The translations under genes and the position numbers were made by a program. The notes beneath the pieces are model-generated. The model worked only from the letters and a program-made list of their open reading frames with translations, had not been told where the DNA came from and did no database searches. 64,000 nucleotides of DNA from Lytechinus pictus (lineage: Eukaryota). Where the stretch lies: the NCBI RefSeq assembly GCF_037042905.1, contig NC_087261.1, positions 1,612,001 through 1,676,000 of the forward strand. The letters run 5' to 3'. Position 1 is the stretch's first letter. Each line of letters begins with the position of its first letter. Positions 1 to 12,385 of the stretch are shown here, piece after piece.

Positions 1-1029
1 CTATAATGTCGAATTGATATATAATTCATTTTAATATATGGGAATCTTAAATAAAACAACAAAAAACTGCAAAATGCATACATAACGTTTAGATAAATAA
101 TTTATAGAGAAAACAAAAAAGATCTTACGAACTACTGCCCATATCAGGAAATGCCCAGGCACAATTCCATAAAAGTTGTAATTATCTGACAGTTACAATA
201 TCTTTTTTTGGGGAGGGCTCCAATTAGAGGATTTTATTTAAAACAAAGCAACATAACAAATTACACTGTATACAAATGATCATACATTGAAAGACAGGAT
301 GTTTTTAAAATCATATCGATACAAAAACAAATGCATGATTACGTAATCATCCAATAATTTCACATAAGCTATAACAATAACATAAGTTACAGTTACAATA
401 TCATAGTGAGAATTAGGGATAAGCCAATATACTGTCAGCAGATTACTCATGTCAGCAGATTACTCAGTGTAGTGGCTGATCTGACTAGTCAAAGGACATC
501 ATATTGATGAAACGTCCCACATATGACAATAATAATCAAGGTACACATGCTCCCTCACACCCAAACGGAAAAGTTCACACGAGGTAAAACGGAGTAGCTA
601 CCAGAAGTTGGTTTTAATAACAACACAACCAATTTAGAAAATTGGTGTCGGTGAAGGAAATCCGCCAAAGAATAGCACAGCTTGGGATTTTTAAATGTTT
701 GATTTTGTGACGTCAAAGACGAGCAGGTTCTCCATATATCATGCGATAGAGATTCCTAAAGGTGCAATTTTCTCTAACAATATATGATTTTTATATGCGC
801 GGTGGATGAACCATCCAGTACATCATTTCATGCCCTTCTTCTATATTTTTTATAGTGGAATTTAAGTCAAAATCGTATAATACTTGATTAAATGATTTTT
901 TTTTAAGAAAGAGGGGCTGTGTATGTAGCGATAATGGCTCCCATATTTGTAAAACCTAACAACAAACAAAACAATACAATACAAAACAAAAATCCCTGAC
1001 CAAATCGTATTACTTTTTTTCATTTTATC

Positions 1030-1490
1030 AACGGTTGTACGTTCTCGTCCCTAAGTCTGATAACAAGTTATTCGCAACACTAGGGAATTCTTGCTTTCAC
1101 GAAGTACGACGTATTTAAGAACATGTATTGCCACAATTGCCCTTCATGACTACAAAGAAGTCTTCGTCGAAAATTGGTGAATCAAAACGGCAGTTTCGTC
1201 CTGGACTCTGGACAAACGACATGTTTTCAATTCAGCTCCGAAACGTAGGACGGAACTGCTGGTCTGGTTCATTAATATTCGACAAAGACCTCCTAGCTGT
1301 TCATTGTTATTTGACCGGCATTGTCAAGACAGGCGTCGGGAAATCGAAAACCCCTTATTCCATCCGACGATACATACTAAATGTATGGTCACTGAACCAT
1401 TGGTTGTCTTCTAAGATTTAGGCTACTAGTCATTGCGTTCGTACGGCAGGATATATGGGAGTTTTACCTGAGCGATAAACAGAGGACACA
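1030..1490. mobile_element. Degenerate dispersed repeat (MITE-like); related copy in opposite orientation at about 19030-19740
   Basis: caaagaagtcttcgtcgaaaattggtgaa...gtttcgtcctggactctggacaaacgacat matches the reverse complement of about 19565-19640. Boundaries approximate. Confidence 0.55.
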
Positions 1491-2176
1491 ATATCATAGT
1501 AAATGTATTGTAAAAACAAAACCAAGTAAGAATACCTTAGCGCAAATTGGTGAACCGGAATAGCAGTTTTGTCCTAGTTTCAGAAATGATGAAAAAATGC
1601 AAATATGTCGTTTATCCAGAATCAAGGACTAAACTCCTGTTTTTATTAGATTTACTACGGTTTTTTTTTTTTACAAAGATTGTTTGTCATAACGGGTATT
1701 TGACAATAACTGACTCTGTTCCTGAATCTTCCATATGTCGTTGAGCCAAAACTCCCTATTGAGGAAATGGGACCGATTCCTGACAAGAATCTTGCTAAAC
1801 AGAAAATCAATCAAGAATGCATGTGTAAGCCAAAACGAGAGAAAATATTTGTAGATAACATAAACGTTTATGGGGTGTGTAACAAAGATTTAAGTGTGCA
1901 CAGTCGCACTTGAATTCCAAGTTGCGTGCGTTATAAAAGGCACCACCGCATTGGTCAAACTGGACCAGTGCGGTGATGGCTTCCATAAAGCACGCAACTT
2001 GGAGTTTAGTAAGACTCACTTAAATCTTTAAATCTTCCACTCCCAGCTCTCAATCACAGTTATCCACGACTGACCGCTTTTTGGTCTAAAATGAAATCAT
2101 GAAAACCATTTTTAGTATTTATCTATTATCTGGACTATCCTACAGTAAGATGAAACTGCATGAGTAGGCATTGCAC

Positions 2177-2690
2177 TTAGTCCGGTATTTTCCCTTTCTT
2201 TTTACACGAGTCTATCCACCATACTTTCCAATCCTTTTGTTTAGGAGGTTTGTAGGTTCCATTCCGAACCCGTTTTGCGTCAGCTTCTAAACGATCACCA
2301 AGGTAGCACATAATATTTTTCGTCGGTCCCCCATAAGGCTTCAAAGACCCTTTTTTCTTCCATTCAAAGTATTTATTGTAGAGGGCGTCGTCACTATCGA
2401 CCCTTTTTAGATACTCCCCTAATTCCCTCGTCGTGTTAAAATCTTGGATGTGAATGAAGGAATTCGGAGGCGCTACTTTTTCGTAGTCACTCCTCGGAGG
2501 TCCAAACACGATGGGTACAATTTCTTTAAATAGGGCTTGAATCCAGAACTTTTCTGTGATATAATCAGTGCATTCGCTATTCTCCAGGGCTAAAAGGAAC
2601 TTGTGTTGTTTCAGTTTCCTCTCGCAGTCTTCAGTGCCAGCTCTGCAGGATTGGTTGCCGCACCTGCCATACATGTCTACAGGAACGTAT
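2177..2690 (-). CDS. Alpha-1,3-fucosyltransferase (GT10), coding exon 2
   Basis: Acceptor tcccatttag|A TAC GTT. Contains VDMYGRCG, the alpha-1,3-FucT motif KFLLALENSECTDYITEKFW and VPIVFGPP...PPNSFIH; stop TAA at 2179-2177. 758+514 nt = 424 codons including the stop. Confidence 0.93.
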
Positions 2691-2837
2691 CTAAATGGGA
2701 AAATAAAAGGCAAATTCTACTCAGTCAAAATGAAAATTTTCTTTTTACTAAGGCTAGCTTCAATAATCTTGACTAATCTTTACTAAGCACATGTCACTAA
2801 TTCAGAGATTAGTTCAATCACAGAGCGGCCCTTCCCC

Positions 2838-3262
2838 CTCTCATCTATTGGTTTCAGAATCCAAAGTCACAAAATGGCAAAAGAAAAACTAATGAAAATG
2901 AGATGGGATTAAACAAACTTTCCACTTTATCACAAATGTCGTGTACAGTGATTGGCTTGATCACAGGAAGTCAAAACCAATATTTCAAATGACTGGAAAT
3001 ATCACACAGCCACACACAGATCCCAGAATGAAGGCCCGGTAACCGGTGGAAAGTCTGAACACGGTGTTATCTGTGTGTCGTTGAATGAGACACACACCGA
3101 TGTTAATTCCATGTAGCTTCTTTGTGCTTGAACCAATCATTAAACATGCCCATGAAGGATATGTCTAATAAACTGAGAAGTTTGTTTAATTCCATCTCAT
3201 TTTCATTGATCTTTATTTTGCCCTATTGTGACTTTGGATTCGGAAACCAATTGATTTGAGAG
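2838..3262. mobile_element. MITE with about 83-bp terminal inverted repeats inside the fucosyltransferase intron
   Basis: 2838-2920 (ctctcatctattggtttcagaatccaaagtcacaa...gattaaacaaactt) is the imperfect reverse complement of 3178-3262. Confidence 0.75.
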
Positions 3263-3835
3263 ACTTTATCCTTTCTTTGCTGAGTAATATTTGTGCAGTG
3301 CCCTTGTAAAGTTTGATTAATTTCTTTTGGAACGTTTTGCGTTCTTTTTTACTCCTGCGTTATTTTTTCATCAATGATATGTATTTTGGGAACCCGACTC
3401 CCTCATCTGTTAATTAATAAAAGGCGATTCATGAAAGAAAAAAAAAATTACATATGAGTTTGTGTTTACTATTGTGTATGCTCAAATGTGAATACTATCC
3501 CAACATATATCATCCTTTTCACTTCGCTTAATAGAACTTACTTAATCATTCATAAAACAATGGACGTCAATGACGTCATGCTTGGGAAGGTAGAAGGCGG
3601 AAGGAGAAGAGGAAGACAGAGGAAAAGATGACTGAAAAGAATTACTAAATAAACTGGAAAATCTTTGAGAGTATACTGAGCATGCTTGCCCTAGATAGAA
3701 CAATATGGAGAAAGGTTGTACGTGGGGTCACCGGGAGTCGATGACGACTCAATGACACTTAACACCCACAACAACAATATCATGTATAATAATATAATAA
3801 CAAATACTGTAGGAATAATACATAGTTCATCTTGC

Positions 3836-4593
3836 CTTCCAAGCCTCTTCACGAAATCCATTCTTGGCCAGGATGTGCCTCTGCAGTTGGATGCCATCCA
3901 GACGACAAGCCTCGAGCGATCCTTGGCCCAATTTCTGGTGTCATTGGCACTAATCTCAGGTTTACCGGCAATGTACTGCCCATAGTCGGCCCGGAAGTCG
4001 GAATCGTACCGATACGTCATAATGTAGTCGTAGGAATTGTTGTAATACTGTTGAGGGGGAATCACGTGATGCATTGTATGACGTGGACTCTCAAGAGTGT
4101 AAAACACCCACTTCTGGCCCTTTGGTCTATGACTATGCATCGCATCCCAGTCCCACCGTGTCCAATGGAACAAGACAAGTGCCTCATTCTTCTGCATCGT
4201 GTCGAAGGATATATCAACGGTCAATTGTACATCGCAAGTACTTCCGGGACATTTTACATCATAGACACCCCTCGAATATCCCAGCTCACCTGCTCTAGTA
4301 GCCCAGAGATGGACCTTACGAGGACAGTCAACAACTGCTTGAGACATTTTCCCGATCGAATTAGTGTTCTTGGTATGCTGGGAATCTGGTCCAACTTTTG
4401 TCAGGTTAGTGTTGTCCAACGCGTTTTGTTTTGGGAAAACGGCTAGTTGTCTTGCCCTATTAAACTTCTGTTTCAAAATGTCCTCACCGGACTTTAGATC
4501 AACTCGCATCACCATTAAAATCAGTTGAACGTATCCACAAACGGCAAATAGAAGGATTGCACAGAAGAGTGATTTGGTCTTAGCCATACCCAT
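3836..4593 (-). CDS. Alpha-1,3-fucosyltransferase (glycosyltransferase family 10), coding exon 1
   Basis: ATG at 4593 (MGMAKTKSLFCAILLFAVCGYVQLILMVM, a type II signal-anchor), then a stem and the GT10 N-terminal motifs WVFYTLESP, IMTYRYDSD and VVWMASNC. Ends at phase 2 at GGA AG|GCAAG (GC donor). A pyrimidine tract plus AG just upstream of the ATG suggests a further 5' UTR exon. Confidence 0.88.
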
Positions 4594-5604
4594 ACCTGCC
4601 TTTAAGGGAAGAGAACACCAAAAAATAAATGCGTAAAAGTCGTTTAACATTTTAATTTCTCTACTCATATAGAGTCCATATAATCTGGCCTTAGACTCCG
4701 ATCTTTTAAGGAGTCCAGTGATTATGGCGAACGTGAAGAGAATCTATAAAATTGCCCATCCAATTAAGTGTCACATTTCAATTTAGTTTTATATATCATT
4801 TGTTTGCATGATTATGTTTTCATTATTAATAACGCATTTGTGAATTGCGAAATCACGAAGGTTGCGATGTTGGTAACACTATATTATCATTTATAGTACT
4901 GTTAACATGTGAATGATGGGTTCGTTACTTAAATCCTTGTAATATACCACTTCCCTTCAGGTACAATCTATGCCGATGGACAATTATCTTTTTTTTTTTG
5001 CACTGACTGTAAAACAATTTGTTCATGTTATCTAGGAATTCCCCAGAGTGAAATTATTCTGGGTACGTATTGGTAAATTACTAAATTCACTAGAATTTCA
5101 TGTAAACCCACATTGTCACTAACTAAAAAAGAATTGGCAATGGGTATAGATATCAAATCTGTGAATTCAATTCAATTTCGGCATACGCCCAATATTCAAG
5201 TTATAAAATGTACATGGTAAATTATTTTCAAGAGAACTTACACAGTAGTTTTTCGATATATGGAATGTCTTTAAAGATGAATTATTTATGGATAATATAT
5301 CGGATACTTTATCAAACGCTTTTAAACTTTTACCGAGAAATTTTCGAGATCATTATCTGAAGGGCTTTCCTTCTTTATCATCTTTGTTTATCATGTTTAT
5401 ATTATGTTGGATGTTAAATGTATTTTGTATATCTTAGTGTGAATGAATAGCTCTGATGAGGTAAAATATAAAAAGATAATACCACCGCATATCGAAGATT
5501 ATTTCATGTTGCAGAAGCACAGTGCCTCACCATCAAGTAGCCCGTTCTGAGTTTTATGTAAAGTGAAATTTGCTTTAGGATGTACATGATGTAGGCGCGC
5601 AGGT

Positions 5605-6916
5605 TAAATCAAGTTGCTTTGGTATGCACAGTTTGCAGTCACGTTGAAGATGTGCTGATTACAGTTATGTTGGTTTTGAGAACCAGATGTGAAGATTACG
5701 GTCAAGTTGGTTTGGAAACTAAAGAAAATGTGCTTATTGCAGTCAAGTTGGTTTGGAAAGTAGATACACAGATTGCAGTCATGTTGCTTTGGGAAGTAGA
5801 AGCGCAGGTTGCATTCATGTTGGTTTTTAAAAACAGATGCGCAGATTTCAATCACGTTGGTTTGGGAAGTAGGTGTGAACATTACAGTCAAGTTGGTTTG
5901 GAAAGCAAATGTGTAGATTGCAGTCATGTTGGTTTGGGAAGTAGGTGTGTAGATTGCAGTCATGTTGGTTTGGGAAGTAGGTGCAGAGATTGCATTCTTG
6001 TTGGTTTGGGAAGTAGGTGTGTAGATTGCAGTCATGTTGGTTTGGGAAGTAGGTGTGTAGATTGCATTCATGTTGGTTTGGGAAGTAGGTGTGTAGATTG
6101 CAGTCATGTTGGTTTGGGAAGTAGGTGCAGAAATTGCATTCATGTTGGTTTGGGAAGTAGGTGTGTAGATTGCAGTCATGTTGGTTTGGGAAGTAGGTGC
6201 AGAGATTGCAGTCATGTTGGTTTGGGAAGTAGGTGTGTAGATTGCAGTCATATTGGTTTGGGAAGTAGGTGCAGAGATTGTATTCATGTTGGTTTGGGAA
6301 GTGGGTGCAGAGATTGCATTCATGTTGGTTTGGGAAGTAGGTGTGTAGATTGCAGTCATGTTGGTTTGGGAAGTAGGTGCAGAGATTGCATTCATGTTGG
6401 TTTGGGAAGTAGGTGTGTAGATTGCAGTCATATTGGTTTGGGAAGTAGGTGTGTAGATTGCAATCATGTTGGTTTGGGAAGTAGGTGCAGAGATTGCATT
6501 CATGTTGGTTTGGGAAGTGGGTGCAGATATTGCATTCATGTTGGTTTGGGAAGTAGGTGTGTAGATTGCAGTCATGTTGGTTTGGGAAGTAGGTGCAGAG
6601 ATTGCATTCATGTTGGTTTGGGAAGTAGGTGTGTAGATTGCAGTCATGTTGGTTTTGGAAGTAGGTGCAGAGATTGCATTCATGTTGGTTTGGGAAGTAG
6701 GTGTGTAGATTGCAGTCATATTGGTTTGGGAAGTAGGTGTGTAGATTGCAGTCATGTTGGTTTGGGAAGTGGGTACAGAGATTGCATTCATGTTGGTTTG
6801 GGAAGTAGGTGCAGAGATTGCATTCATGTTGGTTTGGGAAGTGGGTGCAGAGATTGCATTCATGTTGGTTTGGGAAGTAGGTGTGTAGATTGCAGTCATG
6901 TTGGTTTGGGAAGTAG
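5605..6916. repeat. 36-bp minisatellite, array 1 (about 36 units, degenerate at the left edge)
   Basis: Unit TGTAGATTGCAGTCATGTTGGTTTGGGAAGTAGGTG with variant GCAGAG; gives a 12-aa periodicity in the ORF track. Confidence 0.95.
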
Positions 6917-7194
6917 GAGGGGCGTCGATCCATTTTTCAGATTGGGGGGGGGGGGGCAAAACGATGTTTGCCCCCCACCCCATATTTTCATTCGCCCCCC
7001 CCCCCCCCCCTCTGCGGCTCGGTGTAAACATGGCAGAGGTAAAAATGGCAGAGGTGAAATTGATAACACTTGAGTTGGTATTTCTCTTTTTTTTTCCTGG
7101 ACTTACATGCACGACCTTCTCATGTCAAATCGCTCTTCTTATATTCAAATTTGAAGAACACTTTGGATTCGAAATATTGTACGTAATTTATTAC

Positions 7195-7645
7195 AGGGAA
7201 CTCACACTGACATAAAGTTTATTAAAATGATATTGGTGAGGGTTTTAGGGAATCCATCAAAGATTTAAAAAGCTACTAAAATTTTACATGTTAATGGGGA
7301 CTTTATTTGCCAGCAGTTTCCCCGTATATGGTGTGATAAAAAATATCGATGAAATGTCATTTAAAAATACAATGAAAATGGTTTTAATTGTACCTTAAGT
7401 ATATTGACATACAAACAATTTCACATCCGCTCCTAAAAGATTTGTTTTAGCAATCATGAACCACTGATTAAAACATTGAAAAGTAGACATTTTGGTGCAT
7501 AAAATACGGAGTAGTTACTTCTATATGACGTCACAGATCAAAAACTCAAACTTCTAATAACTTTCTTAATCGTTGGTGGGTTTTCCGCAAACCTTCACCA
7601 ATATATTTTTACAGTAAACCATTCGTCAGGGTGAATTTCCCCTTC
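7195..7645. mobile_element. Degenerate palindromic MITE nested in the 6917-8517 element
   Basis: agggaactcacactgac...atattggtgagggtttt at left versus aaaccttcaccaatat...gtcagggtgaatttcccct at right. Confidence 0.5.
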
Positions 7646-8324
7646 AAAACAGGTCGATAGAATGGTACCTAAAAAACACATATGTATTTAAATCCCTGAT
7701 TCGCTACACATTTCAAAATTCATGCGGTACCCGTTACCATAGAAACTAGTTAAAGAACCTGATATCCACCTGGACCAGCTGCAATGAGGCATTACTCTGA
7801 AAAAATAAACACTAGTTGCTATTACTATTATTATCATTTACATTAAACTATATACGTATCATATCAATATCTATTCGGATCCATTCTGCGTTGAAATATG
7901 AAAAATTACTTTAATTACAGAACGTTTTGTTAATTTTCTGTTATCCAAATTAAGCAATTAAGTTGTTCAAAGAAATCCCGAACTCGTCTATTTCAGTGTG
8001 TTAATGGTAGCGCACATTTGTGTATACATTACAATTCGTTTGGTATGTATGTGATGAAGTGCTGTTCTACTATACGAACTGACCAAGATAAATCCTCTCA
8101 TCACTCACTAATTGAAATAATTTTGGCATGAAAATGTTTGAGTTTGATCATATCAACGATAAAGTATTGACCTAAAATGATGAAAAAAATTCGAAATAAT
8201 ATCTCATCAGTTCATAATACTCATTTTGTCGATAGGAGTCCATTCAAGGTCAATAATTACATGTATGATTGATATTAAATGGAAATGCTATATCTTTTCC
8301 TTGCTGATTTAGCATGTCATGATC

Positions 8325-8468
8325 TTTACCTCTCTGCCATTTTTACCTCTGCCATTATTACCTCTGCCATTTTTACCTCTTCCATTTTTACCCGTGCCAT
8401 TTTTACCTGTGCTATTTTTACCTGTGCCATTATTACCTGTGCCATTTTTACCTCTGTGATTTTTACCC
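8325..8468. repeat. 15-bp tandem repeat (TTTTACCTCTGCCAT), about 9 units
   Basis: Directly visible; about two inverted copies at 7025-7058. Confidence 0.9.
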
Positions 8469-8517
8469 GGCCCCTCCCCCTGCCCACCCCCCCCCCCCCC
8501 CAGGATCGACGCCTCTG

Positions 8518-11500
8518 GGAAGTACAGATTGCATTCATGTTGGTTTTGGATGTGGGTGCACAGATTGCAGTCATGTTGATTTGGTAAGTAAGTGTGTAGA
8601 TTGCAATCATGTTGGTTTTGGGTAGTAGGTGTACAGATTGCATTCATGTTGATTTGGAAAGTAGGAGGGCAGATTGCATTCATGTAGCTTTGGGGAGTAG
8701 GTGCACAGATTGCAGTCATGTTGGTTTGGGAAGTAGGTGTGTAGATTGCAGTCATGTTGGTTTTTGGAAGTAGATGCACAGATTATATTCATGTTGGTTT
8801 GGGAAGTGGGTGCACATATTGCATTCATATTGACTTGGGAAGCAGGTGTGTTGATTGCAGTCATGTTGGTTTGGGAAGTAAGTGCACAGATTCCAGTCAT
8901 GTTGGTTTGGGAAGTAGGAGCACAGATTGCAGTCATGTAGGTTTGGGAAGTAGGTCTACAGATTGCATTCATGTTGGTTTGGGAAGTAGGTGTGTAGATT
9001 GCAATCATGTTGGTTTGGGAAGTAGGTGTGTAGATTGCAGTCATGTTGGTTTGGGAAGTAGGTGTACAGATTGCATTCATGTTGGTTTGGGAAGTAGGTG
9101 TGTAGATTTCAATCATGTTGGTTTGGGAAGTAGGTGTACAGATCATGCAGATTGCATTCATGTTGCTTTGGGAAGTGGGTGCACAGATTGCATTCATGTT
9201 GATTTGGAAAGTAGGAGGGCAGATTGCATTCATGTAGCTTTGGGGAGTAGGTACACAGATTGCAATCATGTTGATTTGGGAAGTAGGTGTGTAGATTGCA
9301 GTCATGTTGGTTTTGGGAAGTAGATGCACAGATTATATTCATGTTGGTTTGGGAAGTGGGTGCACAGATTGCAGTCATGTTGGTTTGGTAAGTAGGTGTG
9401 TAGATTGCAGTCATGTTGGTTTTGGGAAGTAGATGCACAGATTATATTCATGTTGGTTTGGGAAGTGGGTGCACAGATTGCAGTCATATTGGTTTGGTAA
9501 GTAGGTGTGTACATTACAGTCATGTTGGTTTTGGGGAGTAGATGCACAGATTATATTCATGTTGGTTTGGGAAGTGGGTGCACAGATTGCAGTCATATTG
9601 ACTTGGGAAGTAGGTGTGTAGATTGCAGTCATGTTGGTTTTTGGAAGTAGATGCACAGATTATATTCATGTTGGTTTGGGAAGTGGGTGCACAGATTGCA
9701 TTCATATTGACTTGGAAAGTAGTTGTGTAGATTGCAGTCATGTTGGTTTGGGAAGTAAGTGCACAGATTCCAGTCATGTTGGTTTGGGAAGTAGGAGCAC
9801 AGATTGCAGTCATGTAGGTTTGGGAAGTAGGTCTACAGATTGCATTCATGTTGGTTTGGGAAGTAGGTGTGTAGATTGCAATCATGTTGGTCTGGGAAGT
9901 AGGTGTGTAGATTGCAGTCATGTTGGTTTGGGAAGTAGGTGTACAGATTGCATTCATGTTGGTTTGGGAAGTAGGTGTGTAGATTTCAATCATGTTGGTT
10001 TGGGAAGTAGGTGTACAGATCATGCAGATTGCATTCATGTTGCTTTGGGAAGTGGGTGCACAGATTGCATTCATGTTGATTTGGAAAGTAGGAGGGCAGA
10101 TTGCATTCATGTAGCTTTGGGGAGTAGGTGCACAGATTGCAATCATGTTGGTTTGGGAAGTAGGTGTGTAGATTGCAGTCATGTTGGTTTTGGGAAGTAG
10201 ATGCACAGATTATATTCATGTTGGTTTGGGAAGTGGGTGCACAGATTGCAGTCATGTTGGTTTGGGAAGTAGGTGTGTAGATTGCAGTCATGTTGGTTTT
10301 TGAAAGTAGATGCACAGATTCATGTTGGTTTGGGAAGTGGGTGCACAGATTGCATTCATATTGACTTGGAAAGTAGTTGTGTAGATTGCAGTCATGTTGG
10401 TTTGGGAAGTAAGTGCACAGATTCCAGTCATGTTGGTTTGGGAAGTAGGAGCACAGATTGCAGTCATGTAGGTTTGGGAAGTAGGTCTACAGATTGCATT
10501 CATGTTGGTTTGGGAAGTAGGTGTGTAGATTGCAATCATGTTGGTTTGGGAAGTAGGTGTGTAGATTGCAGTCATGTTGGTTTGGGAAGTAGGTGTACAG
10601 ATTGCATTCATGTTGGTTTGGGGAGTAGGTGCACAGATTGCAGTCATGTTGGTTTTTGGAAGTAGATGCACAGATTATATTCATGTTGGTTTGGGAAGTG
10701 GGTGCACAGATTGCATTCATATTGACTTGGGAAGTAGGTGTGTAGATTGCAGTCATGTTGGTTTGGGAAGTAAGTGCACAGATTCCAGTCATGTTGGTTT
10801 GGGAAGTAGGAGCACAGATTGCAGTCATGTAGGTTTGGGAAGTAGGTCTACAGATTGCATTCATGTTGGTTTGGGAAGTAGGTGTGTATATTGCAATCAT
10901 GTTGGTTTGGGAAGTAGGTGTGTAGATTGCAGTCATGTTGGTTTGGGAAGTAGGTTTACAGATTGCATTCATGTTGGTTTGGGAAGTAGGTGTGTAGATT
11001 TCAATCATGTTGGTTTGGGAAGTAGGTGTACAGATCATGCAGATTGCATTCATGTTGCTTTGGGAAGTGGGTGCACAGATTGCATTCATGTTGATTTGGA
11101 AAGTAGGAGGGCAGATTGCATTCATGTAGCTTTGGGGAGTAGGTGCACAGATTGCAATCATGTTGGTTTGGGAAGTAGGTGTGTAGATTGCAGTCATGTT
11201 GGTTTTGGGAAGTAGATGCACAGATTATATTCATGTTGGTTTGGGAAGTGGGTGCACAGATTGCAGTCATGTTGGTTTGGTAAGTAGGTGTGTAGATTGC
11301 AGTCATGTTGGTTTTGGGAAGTAGATGCACAGATTATATTCATGTTGGTTTGGGAAGTGGGTGCACAGATTGCAGTCATATTGGTTTGGTAAGTAGGTGT
11401 GTACATTACAGTCATGTTGGTTTTGGAAGTAAGTGCACAGATTCCAGTCATGTTGGTTTGGGAAGTAGGTATACAGATCATGCAGATTGCATTCATGTTG

Positions 11501-12306
11501 GTTTGGGAAGTGGGTACACATATTGCATTCATGTTGCTTTGGAAAGTAGGAGGGAAGATTACATTCATGTTGCCATGGCGATTAGGTGCACAGATTGCAA
11601 TCATGTTGGTTTGGGAAGTAGATGCACAGATTGCAGTCATGTTGGTTTAGTAAGTAGGTGTGTATATTGCAGTCATGTTGGTTTTGGGAAGTATGTGTAC
11701 ATATTATATTCATGTTGGTTTGGGAAGTGGGTGCACAGATTGCATTCATGTTGACTTGGGAAGTAGGTGTGTAGATTGCAGTCATGTTGGTTTGGGAAGT
11801 AATTACACAGATTCCAGTCATGTTGGTTTGGAAAGTAGGAGCACAGATTGCAGTCATGTAGGTTTGGGAAGTAGGTGCACAGATTGCAATCATGTTGGTT
11901 TGGGAAGTAGGTATGTAGATTGCAATCACGTTGGTTTGGGAAGTAGGTGTGTAGATTGCAGTCATGGTGGTTTGGGAAGTAGGTGTGTAGATTGCAGTCA
12001 TGTGGTTTGGGAAGTTGGTATGTAGATTGCAATCACGTTGGTTTGGGAAGTAGGTGCACAGATTCCAGTAATGTTGGTTTGGGAAGTAGGTGTGTAGATT
12101 GCAATCATGTTGGTTTGGGAAGTAGGTGTGTAGATTGCAGTCATGTTGGTTTCGGAAGTAAGAAGGCAAATTGCATTCATGTTGGTTTGGGAAGTAGGTG
12201 TGTAGATTGCAGTCATGTTGGTTTGGGAAGTAGGTGTGTACATTGCATTCATGTTGGTTTGGGAAGTAGGTGTGTAGATTCCAGTCATGTTGGTTTGGGA
12301 AGTAGA
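8518..12306. repeat. 36-bp minisatellite, array 2 (about 105 units) with higher-order repeats
   Basis: Same unit as array 1 but with the variant GCACAG. Contains 109-bp trimers and roughly 0.9-1.0 kb higher-order blocks. Confidence 0.95.
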
Positions 12307-12385
12307 TCTTTAAAGTCCATGCTAGGCCCCATAAAAAATTGACCCAGCCTTGCTCTTATATTTATGCGTTGTTTTTTTTTTTTTG

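Larger units (their letters stand above)
6917..8517. mobile_element. Non-autonomous TIR element (hAT-like, 8-bp TSD) inserted in the minisatellite
   Basis: TIRs gaggggcgtcgatcc / ggatcgacgcctctg, flanked by GGAAGTAG (6909-6916) and GGAAGTAC (8518-8525). Subterminal G/C tracts and oppositely oriented 15-bp repeats (AAAAATGGCAGAGGT). Confidence 0.75.

Noticed and set aside
3832-4446. 204-aa plus-strand ORF
   Set aside because: Antisense shadow of the fucosyltransferase exon.
3691-4668. Single-exon 325-aa ORF starting at 4668
   Set aside because: The first 25 codons overlap a splice-acceptor-like pyrimidine tract and the last part is intron read-through; the catalytic motif is in exon 2.
5605-12306. 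CRISPR-like array (36-bp repeats)
   Set aside because: Units are head-to-tail with no unique spacers, there are no cas genes, and the context is eukaryotic.
5604-12342. Long repetitive ORFs (mucin-like TSQTNM and Cys/His-rich frames)
   Set aside because: By-products of a 36-bp unit that is stop-free in several frames on both strands, with frequent frameshifts between blocks and no gene context.
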